Below, one piece after another: positions 26,138 through 32,000 of a stretch of DNA of 32,000 nucleotides; the first letter of the stretch is position 1; the number at the start of each line of letters is the position of its first letter. Source of the DNA: Candidatus Jordarchaeales archaeon. GTDB taxonomy: Archaea; Asgardarchaeota; Jordiarchaeia; Jordiarchaeales; Freyrarchaeaceae. Location: positions 854,499-886,498 of the forward strand of contig JAWAHN010000001.1 of assembly GCA_038889235.1 (NCBI GenBank), in the 5' to 3' direction. The notes beneath the pieces were generated by a model. The model made no database searches and was not told the DNA's origin. It was given only the letters and a program-made list of their open reading frames with translations. A program made the translations under genes and the position numbers.

Positions 26138-26968
26138 GTGGTAGCGATGGGGAAAGTGGAGCTTACACCCATTGAAAAACCTCATATTCCTATTGAGGCA
26201 GAAGTTATATCGCCCGACATTTTCGCTGGGAAAAGCTTGGAAGAAATAGGCGACCTGGAAGTGTGGCGAGGAAACAGGAAAAAGAAGCTTAAAGAAGTGT
26301 TTAAGATTTCAGGGGATGCCGGTAAAACTCCTGGCGAAACCACTATAATCGTGAATGGAGATGCCAGCTTTATTAAGCGCATAGGACAGGGAATGACTGC
26401 AGGGGAGATATTGATAAAAGGAAACGTTGGAATGCATGTTGGCGCCGAAATGAGGGGAGGAAAAATAGTTGTCGAGGGAAATGCAGACCACTGGGCAGGA
26501 GCAGGCATGAAAGCAGGAATACTTCACATTAAAGGTAATGCTGGTAATTACCTCGGCGGGAACTACAGAGGAGACATAGGGATGAGCGCGCTCCAGAAAG
26601 GGGTTTATGGGACAATAATAGTTGAGGGAAATGCGGGAGATGAAGTAGGCGCGTGGATGGCTGACGGGAAAATCATCATCAAAGGAAACGTAGGAGCTTT
26701 TGCTGGAGTTCACATGAGTGGAGGGAATATAATAGTTTACGGAGATGCAGCAGAAAGAGTAGGGGGAGAAATGAAGGGTGGAACAATAGTGATTATGGGG
26801 CAATTGTCAGAGCTGCTTCCAAGTTTCGAATATAAAGGAGAAGTCAACGAGGTTAGCATAGATGGAGAAAAAATGTTGGGTCCTTTCTTAACGTTTGTAG
26901 GAGATCTTGCAGAGGACGGTAAAGGAACACTTTACTTATTGAAGGAGAAAAATGCGCATCTAATTTGA
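26138..26968 (+). CDS. fwdC: Formylmethanofuran dehydrogenase subunit C
   Basis: IEAEVISPD.FAG, repeated Gly-rich beta-helix units (IG.GM..GEI.I.GN.G.H.GA.M.GG.I.V.GNA). The start may be ATG 26147. Confidence 0.95.
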   Translation: MVAMGKVELTPIEKPHIPIEAEVISPDIFAGKSLEEIGDLEVWRGNRKKKLKEVFKISGDAGKTPGETTIIVNGDASFIKRIGQGMTAGEILIKGNVGMHVGAEMRGGKIVVEGNADHWAGAGMKAGILHIKGNAGNYLGGNYRGDIGMSALQKGVYGTIIVEGNAGDEVGAWMADGKIIIKGNVGAFAGVHMSGGNIIVYGDAAERVGGEMKGGTIVIMGQLSELLPSFEYKGEVNEVSIDGEKMLGPFLTFVGDLAEDGKGTLYLLKEKNAHLI

Positions 26969-27942
26969 GAGGGGGGCAGTGGTTGGTTAGCGTGAACCTG
27001 CTAGCCCAAGAAATAGTTGAGGACATGATGGATTACTCCGAGGAATTACAAATTGAAGTCACTCAAACAGAAAGCGGCGCATTCATAGTGGATGCAGGAG
27101 TAAATGCCGAAGGATCTATACTCGCTGGGGAGTATGTGACGGAAATATGTCTTGGCGGGTTAGGAACAGCTATGGTGGCTTCAGCGCAATATGGAGATCT
27201 AGTTTTACCAGTAATACATGTTTCCACAAATTATCCTGCAATTTCAACGCTGGGAGCACAGTTCGCAGGATGGAGGATCACCGACGAAAATGGAAAATTC
27301 ATTGGAATGGGCTCCGGTCCAGCTAGAGCGCTCGCGCTTAAACCTAAGAAACTCTATGAGAAAATAGATTACCGAGATGATGCTGAAGTTGCTGTTTTGT
27401 TCCTTGAAGCAAATGAGCTCCCCGGGGATAATGTGGTAAAAATTGTGGCAGACGCGTGCGGTGTCGACCCATCTAATGTTTACATAGTCGTGGCACCCAC
27501 TAACAGCATAGTAGGTTCGATACAAATATCCGGGCGTGTGGTTGAAACGGGAATTCACAAAATCTCGGAAGTTGGATTCGATCCTAAAAAAATCAAATAC
27601 GCGAACGGTGTTGCGCCGATAGCTCCCATTCATCCTGACCCGACGATTGGAATGGGCATAACTAATGACATGATAATTTTCGCCGGGCATGTCAATCTAT
27701 TTGTTGAAACAGACAATGATGACGAATTAAAACAATACGTAGAAAAGACACCGTCTAGTACCTCCAAGAGCTATGGGAAACCATTCTATGAAACTTTCAA
27801 GGAAGCAAATTTCGACTTCTACAAGATCGATCCGGGAATTTTTGCGCCAGCCAGTATACTTGTTAACAACATAAAAACGGGTAAAACATTCCGCGCTGGG
27901 AAAATAGACATAAACCTCCTCAGAAAAACTATTGGTCTCTAA
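26965..27942 (+). CDS. mch: Methenyltetrahydromethanopterin cyclohydrolase
   Basis: SVN..A, D.GV..EGS..AG, CLGGLG, GMGSGPARALA, LE...LP, GSIQISGRVVETG.HK, G.TND.I, FYKIDPG.FAPA. Confidence 0.97.
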   Translation: MRGGQWLVSVNLLAQEIVEDMMDYSEELQIEVTQTESGAFIVDAGVNAEGSILAGEYVTEICLGGLGTAMVASAQYGDLVLPVIHVSTNYPAISTLGAQFAGWRITDENGKFIGMGSGPARALALKPKKLYEKIDYRDDAEVAVLFLEANELPGDNVVKIVADACGVDPSNVYIVVAPTNSIVGSIQISGRVVETGIHKISEVGFDPKKIKYANGVAPIAPIHPDPTIGMGITNDMIIFAGHVNLFVETDNDDELKQYVEKTPSSTSKSYGKPFYETFKEANFDFYKIDPGIFAPASILVNNIKTGKTFRAGKIDINLLRKTIGL

Positions 27943-27949
27943 AAACCTC

Positions 27950-27980
27950 TTTCATTCTTTACTTTCTTTCTTTTTCATTT
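27950..27980 (+). terminator. T-rich archaeal terminator after mch
   Basis: Pyrimidine tract TTTCATTCTTTACTTTCTTTCTTTTTCATTT just after the stop codon. Confidence 0.55.
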
Positions 27981-28128
27981 AACAAAGAATTTTAAAATAG
28001 GTGTTAACATTTCGGGATAAACAGAAAGAAGTACGCAACAAAGATATATTTTTGTTTGGGGAAATTCTATCATTTAGTGAAAATTTTGGCGAGAAAGACT
28101 ATCGTTTGTAAAGAGGAGGAGATGGAAA

Positions 28129-29418
28129 ATGTTTGATGTTTTAGTTGTAGGTGGAGGAGTATCTGGACTATCGGTTGGCGCCATTCTTTCTAGGAAGGGA
28201 ATTAAAACGCTTGTTGTTGAGAGAGCGTCAATACTCGGTGGAAGGGGAAAGTGCTTTGAGTATAGGGAAGGGTACATTGTAGATTATGGTGTTCACGCGC
28301 TTAGGATGGCTGATAAGGGGGCGGCAGCCAACATTTTCAGACAACTTGGAGAGAAACTCGAAATCGTTGAACCCAAAGAGTCCGGATTATATCATGAAGG
28401 GGATTGGAGCGAGTTACCGCTTAGTATTAATGCCATCACCTCGAGCCCCATTTTCACTAAGGAAGACCTAGATGAGCTGATAAGTAAATTGGGATCCGTT
28501 CTGAGCGCGAAGCCTGAGGATTACTGGAGCGTCCCTTTGAGCAAATGGATGGAAGAGAATATTAAAAGCAAAAGAGTGAAGTGGTTTATCCAAGAGATTT
28601 TGTCGAAACTCCTTTTAATAGCTGTTGACGCGAGTGAAACATCTTCTGGAGAGCTTTTCGACATTATTCAAGCATTTGTGAGGTCGGGGAAAGGAGCGGG
28701 CTTCGCCGTAGGAGGGTGGAAGAGCATAATTGACAGACTCAGGGAAATAGTGGAAGAAAATGGTAAAGTTTACACAAAGAGAAAAGTTGAGAAAATTCTA
28801 GTTGAAAATGGTGAGGTTAAAGGAGCCATCGTTAGTGGCGAAAAAGTAGACGTTAAAATAGTGGTTGCCGCTTTCCCTGTACAGAGCCTATTTAACCTAG
28901 TTGAAGAAAAGTGGTTTTCTCAAGGCTTCATTGCAAAAGCCAAAGCCATGAAACCGACTATGGGGATCTCTATAGATTACGGATTAACTACGAAGGCATG
29001 CGAATATGATACGTTTCTATGTTCAGATCCTTGGATCTACGGCGCAGCTACTTCAAACATAGATGCAACCTTAGCTCCTCAGGGTGAACAACTTCTAACG
29101 GTCTTTTCCGTTTTGAGGCCGGAAGTTGTTTTGGATAAAGAGAGAGCTAAAATGGAGATCGAGAGAATAGAAAAGAAACTTGAGGAAATGTTTCCGAAAA
29201 TTAAGGGAAACATAAAATGGAGACGGCCTATAATACACAGAGTGGTGGATGGCGCAGCGCTCACTGTCACGCAGTCACGAGATAAGAGACCTGGACCCGA
29301 AACAAGTATTAAAGGACTTTACCTTACTGGCGACACATGCAACGGACATGGAGCTGGGGGAGACATAGCGTATAACTCTGCCGTGAAGTGTGCCGACGTG
29401 ATCTTGCGTGCATTATAA
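28129..29418 (+). CDS. FAD-dependent oxidoreductase (phytoene desaturase/amine oxidase-like)
   Basis: VLVVGGGVSGL...LVVER...LGGRG (dinucleotide-binding fold), VDYGVHA, C-terminal GLYLTGD.C.G.G.G...A..SA. Confidence 0.88.
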   Translation: MFDVLVVGGGVSGLSVGAILSRKGIKTLVVERASILGGRGKCFEYREGYIVDYGVHALRMADKGAAANIFRQLGEKLEIVEPKESGLYHEGDWSELPLSINAITSSPIFTKEDLDELISKLGSVLSAKPEDYWSVPLSKWMEENIKSKRVKWFIQEILSKLLLIAVDASETSSGELFDIIQAFVRSGKGAGFAVGGWKSIIDRLREIVEENGKVYTKRKVEKILVENGEVKGAIVSGEKVDVKIVVAAFPVQSLFNLVEEKWFSQGFIAKAKAMKPTMGISIDYGLTTKACEYDTFLCSDPWIYGAATSNIDATLAPQGEQLLTVFSVLRPEVVLDKERAKMEIERIEKKLEEMFPKIKGNIKWRRPIIHRVVDGAALTVTQSRDKRPGPETSIKGLYLTGDTCNGHGAGGDIAYNSAVKCADVILRAL

Positions 29419-29469
29419 AAATTAGAGAAGAAAGGTAGTACTAGACCAGTAAAAGGAGGACACTGAACA

Positions 29470-30430
29470 ATGTTTGTTAAGCAAATGAATATTAGGGAAA
29501 AAATGAGTGCTCTAGAAATTATAGAGGAAATGGAGAAGGCGGGGGTTTTCATAGCGGGGCGTCTTGCAAAAGCGGTTAACGTGCTCGCGGAAATGATCGG
29601 TGATGACGAAGTAACAGTATTTTTTCGGAGCGGCAGGGGCTTTGGTTCCTGCTGGACTTGGAAGGATAATAGCAGAAATGATCTATGAAGGTTTCGTCGA
29701 TGTAGTTGTAACTACCGGGGCGAACATAACCCATGACTTGATAGAAGCCTTTGGCGGGAGACATAAAAGAGGACTGCGCGGAAGAGATGAAGATCTAAGA
29801 GATCAGGGAATCAGCCGCATATTTGATGCTTACATTTCAGATGACGCATTTGTCCTTTTCGAAAAAAGAATTCAGGAAATTCTGAAGGATATACCTTTTG
29901 AGAGAAGGAAGCAGGGGATACCTGTTTACGAGTTAATTAAGGAAATAGGATTACGTTTGGACTATAAGTACTCGTTTGTAAGGGCGGCCGCCGAAACCGG
30001 GATCCCCATTTTTTGTCCAGCGATAACTGACTCGATTCTAGGACTGCAAATGTGGCTTTTTTCTCAAACGAGCGCATTGAAGCTGGATGTGCTGGAAGAC
30101 CTTCACAAAATAATAAATATAGCATACGACGCAAAAAAATCGGGGGCGTTCTTCCTGGGGGGTGGTGTACCGAAAAACCACATTTTGCAGGCCATGTTGA
30201 TAACGGGCAAAGGCTTTAATTACGCAGTTCAGATAACGCTTGACAGACCGGAGACTGGGGGGTTAAGCGGAGCGACACTAAATGAAGCAAAATCTTGGGG
30301 TAAAATTGCTAAAGACGCTGTAACTGTTGATGTGATAGCGGATGTAACAATAACACTTCCTTTGATATTTTCAGCGCTCAAGGAAAAGCTGGGAGGAAAT
30401 ATCTCGCGGAAAGGAAGAAAAGTGATTTAA
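29470..30430 (+). CDS. dys: Deoxyhypusine synthase, split by a +1 frameshift at 29620-29626
   Basis: ORF 29470-29688 (AGRLAKAVNVL..M...TVFF) joins ORF 29642-30430 (GAAGALVPAG, VTTGANITHDLIE, FCPAITDS, GGGVPKNH, LSGATLNEAKSWGK) if one T of TTTTTT is skipped. Confidence 0.92.
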
Positions 30431-30436
30431 AGGTTC

Positions 30437-31756
30437 TCAGGGAAAGTGCCAAGGGTTAACCAGCGTTTTTGGAGGAGTGTTTATTTTGTTTATGCGACTG
30501 TACGGTCTTGTCAGGTGGCGTTGAGCTCTAGGTGGGGGGATGTATAGGGATTCACTTAAATTGCGGTTTAATGTAACGACTATTTTTTCAGCGAAAAATT
30601 TTTCTCCACATTTTTTACACTTAAAGCCTTGTCCTTTCCCAGCGGATGAAGCTCTTTTCCCGCAGCGCGGACAGAAAGGATTAAATGTTTTTACCAGGGG
30701 AGCCAGCTTGACTATCTCTATTTTTTCTATGTTTAATGTTTGGGGGTGAAGGGGAGAGGGGGGGCGAATGCCCCCGTAAATTCGGACAATGTCTCCCGGA
30801 ATTAGGTCTAGTACGACCTTTCTGAAATCTCCTGTCGGCTCGTATGCAGCACAATTTATTTCTCCCGTTTCGTCCCGTACTTTAAAATAGACATGCCCTC
30901 CCTGGGCTATTACAGGCTTGGATGACACTACACCTTCAATCACCGCAGACATGTAAGGGCGAAGTTCATTTACCTTGCGTTTAACACACAAGTGAGCGTC
31001 AGTTCCTTGATTCGAACGGAAGATAACCCACCGCTCTATCGGCTCGTAAACCTTTACGATAGCATGTGCCTTTAACAAAATTTCTGGGGATTCACCACGT
31101 ATCCCGTAGAGGACAGGGTCTGGGCCATGTGGTGTTATGAGAATGCGGTCTCCGTCGATGTTGTTAAACGTGTTAGGTTTCGTTAATCGATCCATCTCCC
31201 TTACCGACTCAGCGTCTACCTTTCTCGGTTTCCCCCAATTTTCAGGCTTCCTATATGTGATTAACTCGTAAGTATGGTCCCCCTCCAACTTTTCACCAAT
31301 AGCTGCAAGGGCTCCTATAATTCCACGCCCTTCACTCTTGAATGTATGAATTTCAACACCACATCTTTCAGCCGTTCGTAGGGCATCATTTAAATCAACC
31401 ACGTCGTGTAAAGCTTTCTCCGATAAATTCTTGAGTTCTGATGGAACTTCTCCAAGCAAAAAAGCAACACCCGGCTCTGTTTCGGTAGAAGAAAGGTCGG
31501 CAAGACGGCGCACTTCTTTTAGAACAAGCTCTTTAACCTTTTCAATGTTTTCTCTTTCAACGTCAAGTCTCAAGCAAACACAGCCGTTCCCTCTCGTCTT
31601 AAAAGGGATGTTTGGGTTCAATCTTATAAGAAGAGGATAATCCACAAACTTGACCCCAAACTTTGAAAGATGCTCAACTAAAACAGCACAAATATAAGTC
31701 GTGCATCCCCCCCTAAGAGAGTCCGTATCGTCGAACCCTACATGAAGCAGAACCAT
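30437..31756 (-). CDS. tiaS: tRNA(Ile2) agmatinylcytidine synthetase
   Basis: HVGFDDTDS..GGCTTY, LIRLNPNIPFKTRGNG, GRGIIGALAA, PHGPDPVLYGIRG, SNQGTDAH, AAYEPT, CPRCG...CKKC. Confidence 0.97.
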   Translation of the reverse strand: MVLLHVGFDDTDSLRGGCTTYICAVLVEHLSKFGVKFVDYPLLIRLNPNIPFKTRGNGCVCLRLDVERENIEKVKELVLKEVRRLADLSSTETEPGVAFLLGEVPSELKNLSEKALHDVVDLNDALRTAERCGVEIHTFKSEGRGIIGALAAIGEKLEGDHTYELITYRKPENWGKPRKVDAESVREMDRLTKPNTFNNIDGDRILITPHGPDPVLYGIRGESPEILLKAHAIVKVYEPIERWVIFRSNQGTDAHLCVKRKVNELRPYMSAVIEGVVSSKPVIAQGGHVYFKVRDETGEINCAAYEPTGDFRKVVLDLIPGDIVRIYGGIRPPSPLHPQTLNIEKIEIVKLAPLVKTFNPFCPRCGKRASSAGKGQGFKCKKCGEKFFAEKIVVTLNRNLSESLYIPPPRAQRHLTRPYSRINKINTPPKTLVNPWHFP

Positions 31757-31785
31757 AAAGATTCCTCTGCTAAAAAAGGAAGAGA

Positions 31786-32000
31786 TTAAGGTTTTCCTTC
31801 GGCAACTATCAAAGTTAGTGTCGAAACCACTCCTTTTATTCGCCTTATCTGCCAGATAACCGTCTCTTTCAGTTTCTCCATCGACTCGGTCTTTACTTTA
31901 ACTAAAATGTCATATACACCATAGAGAAGGTAGGCTTCAATAACACCTTCGATTTGGGAGACCGCTTTCAGGACAGTTTCTTCGTTTGCCGGTTCCGTGT
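31786..32000 (-). CDS. Lrp/AsnC ligand-binding (RAM) domain protein; 5' end outside the window
   Basis: Translated by hand: TEPANEETVLKAVSQIEGVIEAYLLYGVYDILVKVKTESMEKLKETVIWQIRRIKGVVSTLTLIVAEGKP*. The pattern V.EAY..YG.YDI..KV...I..I.GV.ST.T is typical of the family. Confidence 0.88.
   Translation of the reverse strand, partial: TEPANEETVLKAVSQIEGVIEAYLLYGVYDILVKVKTESMEKLKETVIWQIRRIKGVVSTLTLIVAEGKP

Noticed and set aside
26350-26800. Repetitive GGA/GGN-rich sequence and long antisense ORFs in fwdC
   Set aside because: Explained by the known Gly-rich beta-helix repeats of FwdC; not a DNA repeat element.
29470-29688. 72-aa ORF and 262-aa ORF as two separate genes
   Set aside because: They are the two halves of one deoxyhypusine synthase; the TTG at 29642 is an internal Leu codon.
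1-32000. CRISPR arrays, tRNA/rRNA genes, transposases, integrases
   Set aside because: No regularly spaced repeats, cloverleaf or T-loop signatures, or recombinase motifs were seen by eye; tRNAscan-SE and Infernal would be needed to exclude small RNAs.

Overview
A gene-dense archaeal chromosomal segment, most likely from a thermophilic Asgard archaeon. The lineage call is inference: a longin-small GTPase fusion, H4MPT C1 genes, GGAGG/GGTGA ribosome-binding sites and BRE-TATA promoters. No rRNA, tRNA, CRISPR array or mobile element was seen. Positions 1-3.9 kb look accessory: a divergent dCTP deaminase (missing from the ORF track, cut by the window edge) is translationally coupled to an uncharacterised 372-aa protein with degenerate zincin-like motifs, and both are divergent from a SAM-methyltransferase/Ddl-like ATP-grasp fusion. 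Positions 4-13 kb hold translation, RNA-modification and replication housekeeping genes (trm14, trmJ, DRG GTPase, HemK2, ksgA, DUF655, rpoF, rpl21e, nmd3, DUF424, aIF2-beta, RPA2, TatD-like). Next come cutA, a nucleotidyltransferase, a radical-SAM protein with a non-canonical Cys motif, the longin-GTPase, an orphan atpF, divergent pyrI/pyrB, a metallophosphoesterase-Lhr pair, a SWIM protein with an unannotated 38-aa membrane ORF, an AbrB-PhoU regulator and fwdA-fwdC-mch. The window ends with an FAD oxidoreductase, deoxyhypusine synthase, tiaS and a partial Lrp/AsnC domain. The strongest leads are (i) the deoxyhypusine synthase, split by a +1 frameshift at TTT_TTT_CGG with a hairpin 5 nt downstream (recoding candidate, or a homopolymer error), and (ii) the dcd/zincin-like/MTase-ATP-grasp locus. 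All family calls come from motif reading, not database searches.
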